From NCBI GenBank assembly GCA_963664825.1, contig OY761614.1:1472001-1536000 (forward strand): a stretch of 64,000 nt of DNA. The letters run 5' to 3'. The position numbers were made by a program, and so were the translations under genes. The first letter of the stretch is position 1. Each line of letters opens with the position of its first letter. Source of the stretch: an uncultured Holophaga sp. (GTDB taxonomy: Bacteria; Acidobacteriota; Holophagae; Holophagales; Holophagaceae). The notes under the pieces were generated by a model, which made no database searches, had not been told where the DNA came from, and was given only the letters and a program-made list of their open reading frames with translations. Positions 1 through 12,079 of the stretch are shown piece after piece.

Positions 1-490
1 TGTCTTCCCCGGCATCCAGGGTGGCCCCTTGATGCATGTCATCGCCGCCAAGGCCGTGGCCTTCGGCGAAGCCCTCAGGCCCGAATTTAAGACCTACCAG
101 CAGCAGGTGGTCAAGAACGCCAAGGTGCTGGCCGATTCCCTGGCCGCCAAGGGCTGGCGCATCGTCAGCGGCGGCACAGACAACCACCTGATGCTGCTGG
201 ATGTCTTCCAGCAGGGCATCCTCGGCAGCGAAGCCGAGAAGGCTCTCGATATCGCCGGGATCACCGCCAACAAGAACGGCATCCCCTTCGACCCCAACCC
301 GCCCCTCAAGCCCAGCGGCATCCGCCTCGGCAGCCCCGCCGTCACCACCCGCGGCATGAAGGAAGCCGAGATGGTCCTGATCGCCAACTGGATCGATCAG
401 ACCCTCCGGAACCGCGCCGACGAGGCCGCCCTCAAGGGCATCTACAACGATGTGGTCGCCCTCACCGCCAAGTACCCCATTCCCGAGTAG
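1..490 (+). CDS. glyA: Serine hydroxymethyltransferase, 3' part (5'-truncated by window edge)
   Basis: [36 protein letters not shown] and [14 protein letters not shown] are SHMT motifs; stop TAG at 488-490. Confidence 0.97.
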   Translation, partial: VFPGIQGGPLMHVIAAKAVAFGEALRPEFKTYQQQVVKNAKVLADSLAAKGWRIVSGGTDNHLMLLDVFQQGILGSEAEKALDIAGITANKNGIPFDPNPPLKPSGIRLGSPAVTTRGMKEAEMVLIANWIDQTLRNRADEAALKGIYNDVVALTAKYPIPE

Positions 491-508
491 GCAGCTCACT
501 TCTCATTT

Positions 509-537
509 AGAGGGCCCGGACAACATCCGGGCCCTCT
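509..537 (+). terminator. Stem-loop after glyA (probable terminator)
   Basis: AGAGGGCCCGGA-CAACA-TCCGGGCCCTCT, a 12-bp perfect stem; weak U-tract. Confidence 0.6.
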
Positions 538-599
538 GCGTTCAAGAGGAACGGCCCCAACCCTCGAAAACCAAGTGTAGGTTCCCGGAAATACGTGGA

Positions 600-805
600 C
601 CATTCTGTGCGGCGCGAGCACGGGCCGAGGCCCTAGGGAAGGCATTGGAGGAGGGGAACGGAGACTTCCTGCAGCGGGTGAATCACCGGAACGGCTACAG
701 GGAGCCGGATTTCGAGACGCATCTGGGGACCCTGGACCTAGCGATCCCGAAGTTGCGGAAGGGCAGCGACTTCCCGTGTTTCCTCGAGCCGCGTCCGCGC
801 TGGGT
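600..805 (+). mobile_element. Degenerate IS256-family (Mutator-type) transposase N-terminal fragment
   Basis: RVNHRNGYREPDFETHLGTLDLAIPKLRKGSDFPCFLEPR matches the IS256 N-terminal RNGYR...G.l.l.iPklR.GS.FP..LE block; no catalytic domain follows; boundaries approximate. Confidence 0.8.
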
Positions 806-918
806 GATACCCGCCAAAACAAGAGCTTCAAAAATATTTAATACATTTTAGAGATGGCCCTTGTGCTTTCGTGTGTGGGGGGGGTAGCATAGGCTGGATT
901 CTTTAAAAGGTATAATAA

Positions 919-1224
919 ATGAATAAAATAACCAAAATCCTCATCGGGATCGCCATCCTCGGGGCACTTGGCGCCTATGCCCTCAAGGCTAGTTGTGAGG
1001 GATGTCCTGGAGGCTGCCCAATACACTCGGGGACATACTTGACGGACTGCATTACCGACATTGATCCACAAACCGGAAAGCTCAAGAGCGCAAAATGCAC
1101 CTATTCCTGTGGGTGTATCTTCACTAACAATGGCGGGAAACCCACTTCTGGTGCCGGGAAAACCAAGGTGGGTCCTGAAGAACCATCTGTTGCTCCTCCC
1201 CCTAAAGAGCAAACACAACAGTGA
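919..1224 (+). CDS. Small secreted Cys-rich protein (101 aa, 7 Cys)
   Basis: Signal-peptide-like N-terminus MNKITKILIGIAILGALGAYALKA, Cys-rich core, Pro/Lys tail; AAGG SD-like sequence upstream. Confidence 0.7.
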   Translation: MNKITKILIGIAILGALGAYALKASCEGCPGGCPIHSGTYLTDCITDIDPQTGKLKSAKCTYSCGCIFTNNGGKPTSGAGKTKVGPEEPSVAPPPKEQTQQ

Positions 1225-1236
1225 GGATTAATCAAA

Positions 1237-2361
1237 ATGTCCATCATTTACCCAATAATTATCAGCCTTGGACTATCTTTCTCTCCCTCCCTAAAACAAC
1301 CTCCTGTGTCGCAAGATCAATCTCCTTCGCGTATATTTGTCCACACGCGAGGCGGTCAGGAAGAACCCAACCAGGAGGGTTGGAGGGAGGACGGCACCAC
1401 CTATTACCGAGATATCCAGCAGAACAGACTCTACAAAATTGGACCTGAAGGCCTGGAGGTACAGGCCGCTAATTCACCAACATTACCCTTTTACATGAAG
1501 GGAATTGTCAAGTATCGCAAAGGTGCGTGGTGGTCTCTGGTTTGCGATCCAGGCTTGCGCCCCCCTGAGGATAAGAATTCATCCATTTATCGCTTTGACA
1601 GCGTCCAGAAGAAGTGGACCCTTGTCCACACTCTGGAGCTTCACGCTTCCAACTTTGAACCACTATCAGAGGACCGCATTTTCCTCGCCGGAGTTCATTC
1701 CAATGATCCAGACCGGTATTCCCTGGCGGCGATTCTCTCCTCGTCCGGTTCCATCAGCGTTCTGGAGGAGATCCCATTCCAGGATTTCAGCAACCTGTTC
1801 TGGGAGAGTTCGATTACGGCCATTGATGAGCAGATGGTGTACTTCTATTTCCCCTATCCGGGCCGTATCTATGGCTACGATCTGATCGATAATGCGCTTC
1901 GCACATTCAAGGTCCCCTGGCCCCTGATCTCCTCAGAATCCATCAAGAAGGACATGGCTGCCGCCGCCGGGAAGGATTGTTTCATCTCGGCCATCGGCCA
2001 TCCGGGAACGGCCCATTGCTACTTCGTTCCCGTGAACCCCGGACAAATGCTCTTTGCCTACAAGATCCTGGACAGGGAGCAAGAAGAGGCCCTGGCCGAT
2101 TCCGAGGGAAGGCGTATCGTCGTCGAAAAGGTATCGTCTTTCTTGTTGTATTCATTTGACCCAAACAACCCCATGGAATGGGACACACCCTCCCGGATGC
2201 TGCTCGACCGCTGGTGTTGGAGCCCGGTCGGTTCGAAACTGGTCCGATGGGTAGACTTCATGGCACCCAAGAAACCGATCCAGGCCCCGAAGGCTCAGGA
2301 GAAAACGGAGCCCCCCCAAAGCAGACGAACCCAGAGAGCCCTACACGACCTTGATCGGTGA
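1237..2361 (+). CDS. Hypothetical exported protein (beta-strand-rich, possibly propeller-like)
   Basis: 374-aa ORF 12 nt after the Cys-rich gene; GAGG SD; hydrophobic N-terminus; short aromatic beta-strand segments. Confidence 0.7.
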   Translation: MSIIYPIIISLGLSFSPSLKQPPVSQDQSPSRIFVHTRGGQEEPNQEGWREDGTTYYRDIQQNRLYKIGPEGLEVQAANSPTLPFYMKGIVKYRKGAWWSLVCDPGLRPPEDKNSSIYRFDSVQKKWTLVHTLELHASNFEPLSEDRIFLAGVHSNDPDRYSLAAILSSSGSISVLEEIPFQDFSNLFWESSITAIDEQMVYFYFPYPGRIYGYDLIDNALRTFKVPWPLISSESIKKDMAAAAGKDCFISAIGHPGTAHCYFVPVNPGQMLFAYKILDREQEEALADSEGRRIVVEKVSSFLLYSFDPNNPMEWDTPSRMLLDRWCWSPVGSKLVRWVDFMAPKKPIQAPKAQEKTEPPQSRRTQRALHDLDR

Positions 2362-2373
2362 TTCCCCGCAAAC

Positions 2374-2402
2374 AAAAGGGCCGCATGGGAGCGGCCCTTT
2401 TT
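2374..2402. terminator. Bidirectional intrinsic terminator between convergent genes
   Basis: AAAAGGGCCGC-ATGGGA-GCGGCCCTTTTT. Confidence 0.8.
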
Positions 2403-2418
2403 CATCGAGAACCTGGTC

Positions 2419-3408
2419 CTACCACCCCAGCAGGTACGCGAAGATCAGGGGCGCGCAGATGGTGGCGTCGCTTTCCACAATGAAGGTGGGTGTGCCCACG
2501 GCCAGCTTGCCCCAGGTGATCTTCTCGTTGGGCACGGCGCCGGAGTAGGAGCCGTAGCTTGTAGTGGAGTCACTGATCTGGCAGAAGTAGCCCCAGAGAG
2601 GGATGCCCGTGCGCTCCAGGTCCTGGTGGAGCATGGGCACCACGCAGATGGGGAAGTCACCGGAGATGCCGCCGCCGATCTGGAACATGCCCAGGGGCGC
2701 GGCCTTCGTGACCTTCGTGTAGTGCTCCGCCAGCCAGGTCATGTACTCGATGCCTGTGCGCACGGTGTGGACGTTCTTCACGTCTCCCCGAATGACGGCG
2801 GCAGCAAACATGTTGCCGAGGGTGCTGTCCTCCCAACCGGGCACGACGATGGGCACATGCTTCTCGAGGGCCGCCAGCATCCAGGAATTTTTGGGGTCGA
2901 TCTGGAAGTGAGGCTCCAGCACCTTGGATTTGAGCAGCTTCTGGAGGAATTCGTGGGGGAAGTAGCGCTCGCCCTTCTGGTCGGCGTCCATCCATTCCCG
3001 GAGAATCGCCTTCTCGATCCGGCGCATGGCCTCCATCTCGGGGATGCAGGTGTCGGTGACGCGGTTCATGTGACGGTCCAGCAGCGCCTTCTCGGCCTCG
3101 GGCGTGAGATCCCGGTAACCAGGCACGCGCTCATAGAAATCGTGGGCCACCAGATTAAAGATGTCCTCCTCCAGGTTGGCGCCGGTGCAGGTGATGAGGT
3201 GGATCTTGTCCTGGCGAATCATCTCGGCCAGCGATAGCCCCATCTCCGCGGTGCTCATGGCTCCACCGAGGCTGATCATGATGTGGCCCCCCTGCTCCAG
3301 GAAGACCCGGTAGCCCTCAGCGGCGTCGATTAGGGCCGCGGCGTTGAAGTGCCGGAAATGGTGCTTGATGAAGCTGCCGACGGGACCGAAGGAAGGGGAT
3401 TTGGACAT
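2419..3408 (-). CDS. Deoxyhypusine synthase-family protein
   Basis: GGAMSTAE, TGANLEED and QISDSTTSYGSYSGAVPNEKITWGK (catalytic-Lys region); ATG at 3408 with GAGG SD. Confidence 0.9.
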   Translation of the reverse strand: MSKSPSFGPVGSFIKHHFRHFNAAALIDAAEGYRVFLEQGGHIMISLGGAMSTAEMGLSLAEMIRQDKIHLITCTGANLEEDIFNLVAHDFYERVPGYRDLTPEAEKALLDRHMNRVTDTCIPEMEAMRRIEKAILREWMDADQKGERYFPHEFLQKLLKSKVLEPHFQIDPKNSWMLAALEKHVPIVVPGWEDSTLGNMFAAAVIRGDVKNVHTVRTGIEYMTWLAEHYTKVTKAAPLGMFQIGGGISGDFPICVVPMLHQDLERTGIPLWGYFCQISDSTTSYGSYSGAVPNEKITWGKLAVGTPTFIVESDATICAPLIFAYLLGW

Positions 3409-3463
3409 GGGAACCTCGCTTAAGAAAACTGATTTCACCACAGAGGCACAGAGAACACGTTTG

Positions 3464-5923
3464 TCAGTCCACGGTGATGGATTTGGAGACGTTCTTGGGA
3501 GCGTCCGGGTGCACGCCGTGATCGATCACAGGAAGGCGATCCAGATATTCCATTTTGAGGACCGACATGCGGAAGGCCAAGCGCTGAAGCGCCACGGAGG
3601 CGGCAAAAACAAAGAGATTGGGATCCCCTGAGGTGGGGATCTCCAGGTACTTGGACCAGTATTTGTCCTGGCCCGTGGGTCTGCCGCTAGCGGCCATGGC
3701 CAGTTCGGGGTTCTTCTCGGCCACCAGGATGATATCGGCCCCCCGGATCTTATGGGTGTGGATCTGGCTGATGGTGATGCGCACATCCCGCTCTTCATTG
3801 GGACAGACGAAGATCAGCGGGTAATTGGAGAAGCGGGTCTCCACCAACTGAGGCCAGGCCTTCAGTGATTCCAGACCCCCGGCGAAGGGGCGTCCATCCC
3901 TCTCGGATTCATAGGCTTCCAGCAGCCCCGCCAGATCATGGATGGAAAAGAGGGTGTTCTTGCCGAGGATCGTGTTGGGACCATGCTTGAACTCCGCGGC
4001 GTCATAGCCCTCGGCGTGGTTCAGCACCACCTCCCGGATCTTGAGGGCCCCTTCCCGGGCCAGGCCGATGAGCCCCGTGCCCAGGATATGGAGGCTGGGC
4101 TCCAGATGCAGGCGCCTCGCGGCTTCCTCGATGCCGGGCTCACACTGCTCCAGGGTCTCTGCGATGAGCGCCTTGGCCCGGCTGAGCTTCTCGACGATCT
4201 TCCGATCGGTGAGGGAGAAGGAAGCGGCCAGCACGTACAGGATGGCCACCTGGTTGAGGAAGCTCTTGGTGGCGGCCACGGCGATCTCGGGTCCACAGAG
4301 GATGGGTAGATAGAATTCCGTCAGTTCCTGGGGTATGCGGCTGTTCTCGTTATTCACCAGCGCCACCCGCCGCAGCCCAGGCACCCGGGCTCGCACATCC
4401 TGGAAGATATCCACCAGATCCTTGGTCTCACCACTCTGGGTGATGCCGATGAGGAGGTCCCGGGCGCTGAGGGTGTTCATGTACATCGAACGGAACAGGC
4501 CCGGATTACAGGGGAATACCGCGACACCCGCCAGGTTATTGAAGAAGTAGCCCGCCGTGAGCGCCGCGTGGTATGAGGTCCCCGAGGCCACCATGAAGAC
4601 CCGCCCGCCATCTTTTTGGGCCTCTCGAATGGCCTGCACCAGTTCCTGGAGATGGCGGCTCACGCGGCGGCGTTTCTTCCAGACAAATACTTGATCGAAG
4701 AGGGCCAGGGCCTCCCAGGCCTGGGGGTCCAAGCGCGCCAAGTCCAGCAGCAGGACCCGCTCATCGGAGACGGGTTTCCCCCGGTGGGCCTTGAATACTT
4801 CGGCATGGGGCTGGACCCGGGTGGCCAGTTCTCGGTGGACGGGATCGGCCAACAGATCGGCCAAGGCCCCTCTCAAAGCGGCCTCATCAGGGGCCTGGTA
4901 GAGGGCCAAGACCTTGTCCAATAGAGTCTTGCAAAGATCCTTCCGGTCCTCGAAGGCCGCGAAGAGGCCAGCGGCCTGGGGGTCCTGGAAGTAGTAGCGG
5001 ATGATCTCTTCCAGGTTGTCCGGAGAGGAGGCGATCTCCTGCTCCATGAAATACTGGAAGGGCGGTCTGAGGCCCGTGTCTCGCACATTGAGCTTGGAGC
5101 GCTTGGGTTTGGGCTTCGAGAAGGTGAGTTCCTGACCCATGGAAAAGACGATGTATTCGCGCTCCGTGAACCAGAGTCCCTCGCCCTCCAGGAGCGGGAT
5201 GAGCATGCGGGTCTTGGAGAGCACCGAGGTCAGGTCGCTGGAGACCACCACGAATTCCCCGCAGGCGTCACTGCCGATTCCCGCATAGAGCGAGGATCCG
5301 GATTTCACTGCCACCACGCCGGGCACGTTCGGGTCCGCGAAGGCGGCCGCATAGGAACCTTGAGCCTTGGCATCGGCCTTCCGGGCGCCATCGATGAGCA
5401 GGAAGACGCCATCGGGAAGGAATTCCGTCCTCCCGGTCGCCGCGTAGGCCTTCCGGGAAGCACTCAGAACGGCCGCGGGATTGGCTAGATTCTCCGCGTA
5501 GTAGTGCTCCGCGAGATGGGTGATCATCTCGCCGTCATTATCGGAGACGACCCGGTGCCCCTGGGCCGTGAGGTAGGGTTTGAGGGTGTCGGTGTTGGAG
5601 ATATTGCCGTTGTGGGCCCCGACGAATTCCAGTTTGCAGGCCACATGGTGGGGCTGGCTGTTCACATCGGTCACGGCACCATAGGTGGCCCAGCGCACCT
5701 GGCCGATGAAGCGCTGTCCCGCCTGCTGGTCGATGCCCAGGGCAGGCACTACGCGACTGGGAGCGCCCACTTGCTTCAGGAGGCGGATCCTCCGGTCCGT
5801 CCCGATGAAGGCCGCCCCTGTGGAATCGTAGCCTCGATATTCGAGGCGCTTCAGCAACTCCCCAGCCTCTCGCCCCAGGGCCGGGTTTTCCTTCGCGTAG
5901 CACAGGGAGACGATTCCACACAT
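3464..5923 (-). CDS. glmS: Glutamine-fructose-6-phosphate transaminase (isomerizing), elongated form
   Basis: MCGIV Ntn start, LEYRGYDSTG, RWAT, HNGNI, SGTSYHA, QSGETKD, VAATKS, EGALKIRE, EFKHGP, C-terminal PKNVSKSITVD. Confidence 0.9.
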   Translation of the reverse strand: MCGIVSLCYAKENPALGREAGELLKRLEYRGYDSTGAAFIGTDRRIRLLKQVGAPSRVVPALGIDQQAGQRFIGQVRWATYGAVTDVNSQPHHVACKLEFVGAHNGNISNTDTLKPYLTAQGHRVVSDNDGEMITHLAEHYYAENLANPAAVLSASRKAYAATGRTEFLPDGVFLLIDGARKADAKAQGSYAAAFADPNVPGVVAVKSGSSLYAGIGSDACGEFVVVSSDLTSVLSKTRMLIPLLEGEGLWFTEREYIVFSMGQELTFSKPKPKRSKLNVRDTGLRPPFQYFMEQEIASSPDNLEEIIRYYFQDPQAAGLFAAFEDRKDLCKTLLDKVLALYQAPDEAALRGALADLLADPVHRELATRVQPHAEVFKAHRGKPVSDERVLLLDLARLDPQAWEALALFDQVFVWKKRRRVSRHLQELVQAIREAQKDGGRVFMVASGTSYHAALTAGYFFNNLAGVAVFPCNPGLFRSMYMNTLSARDLLIGITQSGETKDLVDIFQDVRARVPGLRRVALVNNENSRIPQELTEFYLPILCGPEIAVAATKSFLNQVAILYVLAASFSLTDRKIVEKLSRAKALIAETLEQCEPGIEEAARRLHLEPSLHILGTGLIGLAREGALKIREVVLNHAEGYDAAEFKHGPNTILGKNTLFSIHDLAGLLEAYESERDGRPFAGGLESLKAWPQLVETRFSNYPLIFVCPNEERDVRITISQIHTHKIRGADIILVAEKNPELAMAASGRPTGQDKYWSKYLEIPTSGDPNLFVFAASVALQRLAFRMSVLKMEYLDRLPVIDHGVHPDAPKNVSKSITVD

Positions 5924-5956
5924 TTCAGGAAACTCCTTGGGGACACTTCCCAGAGT

Positions 5957-6763
5957 CTAGAAGCGCATCCGCTGAAACAGCGTAGCCCCAACCAGGGTGA
6001 CCAGGATCGCGGCCAACACCACGAGAAGTAAAAGAGCACCCATGAGAGAAACCCCTGCCCAGAAGCGCCCCCGGGGGCATTCCTCACCCCAAAGCAGGCA
6101 GGCCGGTCCTCCATAGACCAGGCCCGAGAACAGGGCCACTAGCACAAAACCGAAGCATCCGCCGAAGAGCATCCCGCCCGCACAGGCAAGAGCCCATCCG
6201 GCCACCACCCAACCCATCGCCCAGCGACGCATCGCCTGGTAGTTCATCAGGAGAGCCACACCCAGGCCTGTATTCACCAGCATGGGAATGCTCTGGGTGG
6301 GACGATCCCTGCCGAACGCGTACCCCACCATGCCCAGGATACCCCAGAGCAAGAGGAAGGCCCCCGCAATGCGCAACCGGTGAAGGGCTGGGCCCTCATC
6401 CCCTTCCCGTGAAAAGGCGGCCATGCTGGGTTGGGGACAAAAAGCCATGCTCGGCTGGGCCAAGAGGACAGGCTGGGGCCTGGAGGGGTAGGCCCCTAGA
6501 TCCAGGCCTATCCCCGTGGAAGCCCGAGACTCAGGCGCCGGATGTCCCCCATTTTGTGCATGGGGCCGGCTCGGGGAGGGCACCGGGATTCTTAGGATTT
6601 GCGCTAGGGGGCACCAAGCCCCCGCAACCTTCTCTGAACATACCGAATCTTCCAGGCTGAAGATCTTCTGGCTTACGGCAATCCCGAGGCTCGAGAGGGT
6701 CAATCCTGAAAATTCTCGACCCTCTCGAGTGCGAACCGTAAAAGTGTCCTGGAAGCCCTCCAA
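5957..6763 (-). CDS. Hypothetical membrane protein (soluble N-terminus, Pro-rich linker, several TM helices)
   Basis: Fills the gap between gyrA and glmS on the same strand; hydrophobic C-terminal half; TTG start uncertain. Confidence 0.65.
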   Translation of the reverse strand: MEGFQDTFTVRTREGREFSGLTLSSLGIAVSQKIFSLEDSVCSEKVAGAWCPLAQILRIPVPSPSRPHAQNGGHPAPESRASTGIGLDLGAYPSRPQPVLLAQPSMAFCPQPSMAAFSREGDEGPALHRLRIAGAFLLLWGILGMVGYAFGRDRPTQSIPMLVNTGLGVALLMNYQAMRRWAMGWVVAGWALACAGGMLFGGCFGFVLVALFSGLVYGGPACLLWGEECPRGRFWAGVSLMGALLLLVVLAAILVTLVGATLFQRMRF

Positions 6764-6766
6764 GAG

Positions 6767-9406
6767 TTACTCCAACCCGAGCTTCTGGGGCACTCCGCTC
6801 TCGTCGGGCCCAGGCTGGGCGGTCTCAGCCTCGGCCGCCAGGTCCAAGTCCTCTTCGTCTTCCAAGGCCTGCACACTGGCATCGATCATGGCTAGACCTA
6901 CCACCCGGTCCTCCTTGGTGGGGAGATTGAGCAGCTTGACACCCAGGGCGGCGCGGCCCGTTTTGCGCACCTCGTCGATGGCAAAGCGGATGACCATGCC
7001 TTCCTGGCTGATGAGGAGACAACCCTCCCCGGGCTTGACCAGTACGGATCCAACCACATGGCCGTTGCGCACACCGGCGCGAATATTAATGACGCCTGTG
7101 CCACCCCGACCCTGGAGCCGGTAATCCTGAAGCAGGCTGCGCTTGCCATAGCCCTTTTCTGTGACCGTCAGGAGCATGCCATGGGCTTCGGTGCTTTCAT
7201 CGGCCTCTTCGCCCTCGGGCAGATCGGGCAATGGATCAGCCACCTGCATATCCACGATCTGGTCGCCGGAACCCAGGCGCATGCCGCGTACGCCCGTGGC
7301 TGTGCGGCCCATGGCCCGGACATCCTCTTCGCCGAAACGAATGGCCTTGCCCTGAGCGCTGATCAACAATATCTGCTGCTGACCATTGGAGACCCGCACG
7401 CTGATCAGGCGATTGCCGTCATCGATATTCAAGGCGATGAGGCCGTTGCTGCGGATATTGGCGTAGGCACTGAGAACCGTCTTCTTCACCGTGCCATCAC
7501 TGGTAGCGAAGACCAGGTAATGGTCCTCAGAGAAGTCCCTCAGGGCCATGAGGGTGACGACCTTCTCGTCATCCTTGAGGCTGATGAGGTTCTTGATGTG
7601 TTTGCCGCGATTAGCAGCCCCGCTCTCCGGGATATCGTAGACCTTGATGGCATGGGCGTAGCCCCGGTCCGTGAAGATGAGCAGGGTGTCGTGAGCCTTG
7701 GTGAGGAAGAGCTGTTCGACAAAGTCCTCATCCTTGGTCTTCATACCCAGCTTGCCCTTGCCGCCCCGCTTCTGGCGGCGGTAGCTGGAGAGCTCTGTGC
7801 GCTTGATGTAGCCCGCCTTCGACATAGTGATGGCCATAGGATCATCCGGAACCACATCCTCCATGCGGATATCGCCGGTAAAACTGACGATCTCGGTGCG
7901 ACGGGGGTCCCCGAACTGATCACTGATGGCCTGCAGCTCGCCCTTAATCACGGACATCAGCAGATTGTCGTCGGAAAGAATGGCCTTCATGTAGGCGATG
8001 ATCTTCTCGATTTCGGCAAGTTCTTCGAGGATCTTATCTCGCTCCAGGCCCGTGAGACGCTGAAGGCGCATATCCAGAATGGCCTGGGCCTGCTTATCGG
8101 AAAGGGCAAGGGCGGGGTTCTTCTTGAGGGCAGCTGGAGTGGCGAAGGCGCCGGTCATGAGACCCGCCTTGGCTTCTTCGGGACTTTCCGCGGCGCGGAT
8201 CAGCTTGATGACCGCGTCCAGCCAGTCCAGAGCGGTCTTGAGGCCCAAGAGGATGTGATGGCGGTCTTCGGCCTTCCGGAGCTGGAACATCGTCCGGCGC
8301 GTCACCACCTCCCGGCGGAAGCCGATGAACTCCTTGAGGATTTCCCTCAGGGTGCAGACCCGGGGCCTTCCGTTCACGATGCAGAGCATGGTGATGGGGA
8401 AGCTGCTCTGGAGAGGGGTCAATTGGTAGAGCTGGTTGAGCACGATATCGCTGGGCTCGTTCTTCTTGAGCTCCACCACTAGGCGGATGCCCTCCCGGTC
8501 CGACTCGTCCCGGAGGTCCCCGATGCCTTCGATCTTTTTTTCGTGGACGAGCTCGGCGATCCTCTCGGTGAGGGTGGCCTTGTTCACCTGGTAGGGCAGT
8601 TCCGTGAAGACCAACTGCTCGATTTCGCCCTTGTTCTTCACCCGCAGATTCTCAACGTGGGATTTGGCGCGCACGATGCAACGGCCACGTCCAGTGCGAT
8701 AAGCATTCACGACGCCTTCGGTGCCCAACATCAAACCACCGAGAGGGAAATCGGGGCCCTTGATGTATTCCATGAGGTCCTCTAGACCCAGCGTGGGGTT
8801 GTCGATGAGGGCCATGAGGGCGCTGCAGCACTCCCTCAGATTGTGGGGCGGGATACTGGTGGCCATGCCCACGGCGATGCCCTGACTGCCATTGACTAGC
8901 AGGTTCGGGAAGCGAGTCGGCAAAACGAGAGGCTCTTCGAGGCTGTCGTCGTAGTTGGGGCCGAAATCCACAGTGTCCTGATCGATGTCCTCCAGCATTT
9001 CGGAGGCCACCCGGGACATGCGGGCTTCGGTGTAGCGCATGGCGGCCGCGCTATCGCCATCGATGGAACCGAAGTTTCCCTGACCATCCACCAGGGGGTG
9101 GCGCATGGAGAAGGGTTGCGCCAAGCGAACCAAGGTGTCGTAGATGGCGGTGTCACCGTGGGGATGGTACTTGCCCATCACATCACCGACCGTGCGGGCC
9201 GATTTGCGGTAGGGGCGGTTCCACAGGTTGCCGGTTTCATTCATGGAGAAGAGCACCCGGCGATGCACGGGCTTGAGGCCATCACGGACGTCCGGTAGGG
9301 CGCGGCCCACGATCACGCTCATGGAGTAATCGAGGTAGGACTTCCGCATCTCCCTTTCGAGTTCGATGGGTTCGATGCGCTGGGGCTTAGGCTGCTGTTG
9401 TTCCAC
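6767..9406 (-). CDS. gyrA: DNA gyrase subunit A
   Basis: [35 protein letters not shown] (catalytic Tyr), GyrA-box QKRGGKG, acidic tail; GTG start. Confidence 0.98.
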   Translation of the reverse strand: MEQQQPKPQRIEPIELEREMRKSYLDYSMSVIVGRALPDVRDGLKPVHRRVLFSMNETGNLWNRPYRKSARTVGDVMGKYHPHGDTAIYDTLVRLAQPFSMRHPLVDGQGNFGSIDGDSAAAMRYTEARMSRVASEMLEDIDQDTVDFGPNYDDSLEEPLVLPTRFPNLLVNGSQGIAVGMATSIPPHNLRECCSALMALIDNPTLGLEDLMEYIKGPDFPLGGLMLGTEGVVNAYRTGRGRCIVRAKSHVENLRVKNKGEIEQLVFTELPYQVNKATLTERIAELVHEKKIEGIGDLRDESDREGIRLVVELKKNEPSDIVLNQLYQLTPLQSSFPITMLCIVNGRPRVCTLREILKEFIGFRREVVTRRTMFQLRKAEDRHHILLGLKTALDWLDAVIKLIRAAESPEEAKAGLMTGAFATPAALKKNPALALSDKQAQAILDMRLQRLTGLERDKILEELAEIEKIIAYMKAILSDDNLLMSVIKGELQAISDQFGDPRRTEIVSFTGDIRMEDVVPDDPMAITMSKAGYIKRTELSSYRRQKRGGKGKLGMKTKDEDFVEQLFLTKAHDTLLIFTDRGYAHAIKVYDIPESGAANRGKHIKNLISLKDDEKVVTLMALRDFSEDHYLVFATSDGTVKKTVLSAYANIRSNGLIALNIDDGNRLISVRVSNGQQQILLISAQGKAIRFGEEDVRAMGRTATGVRGMRLGSGDQIVDMQVADPLPDLPEGEEADESTEAHGMLLTVTEKGYGKRSLLQDYRLQGRGGTGVINIRAGVRNGHVVGSVLVKPGEGCLLISQEGMVIRFAIDEVRKTGRAALGVKLLNLPTKEDRVVGLAMIDASVQALEDEEDLDLAAEAETAQPGPDESGVPQKLGLE

Positions 9407-9414
9407 GTGGAACC
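9399..9414. promoter_or_regulatory. parS-type site
   Basis: TGTTCCACGTGGAACC, 15/16 match to the TGTTCCACGTGGAACA palindrome; overlaps the gyrA start codon. Confidence 0.8.
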
Positions 9415-9430
9415 TCTATTTAAAAATTCG

Positions 9431-9498
9431 CCACCAAGGACACAAAGAGCGCGCCAGGGACACCGGGTTTCCCCAGGTGTCCTCGGCGATCTTGGTGG
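9431..9498. repeat. Intergenic imperfect palindrome (REP-like) between gyrB and gyrA
   Basis: CCACCAAG...GGGACACCGGG-TTTC-CCCAGGTGTCC...CTTGGTGG. Confidence 0.6.
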
Positions 9499-12075
<2,577 letters not shown>

Positions 12076-12079
12076 TCAC

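Noticed and set aside
5924..5956. glmS ribozyme
   Set aside because: Only 33 bp separate glmS from the upstream gene.
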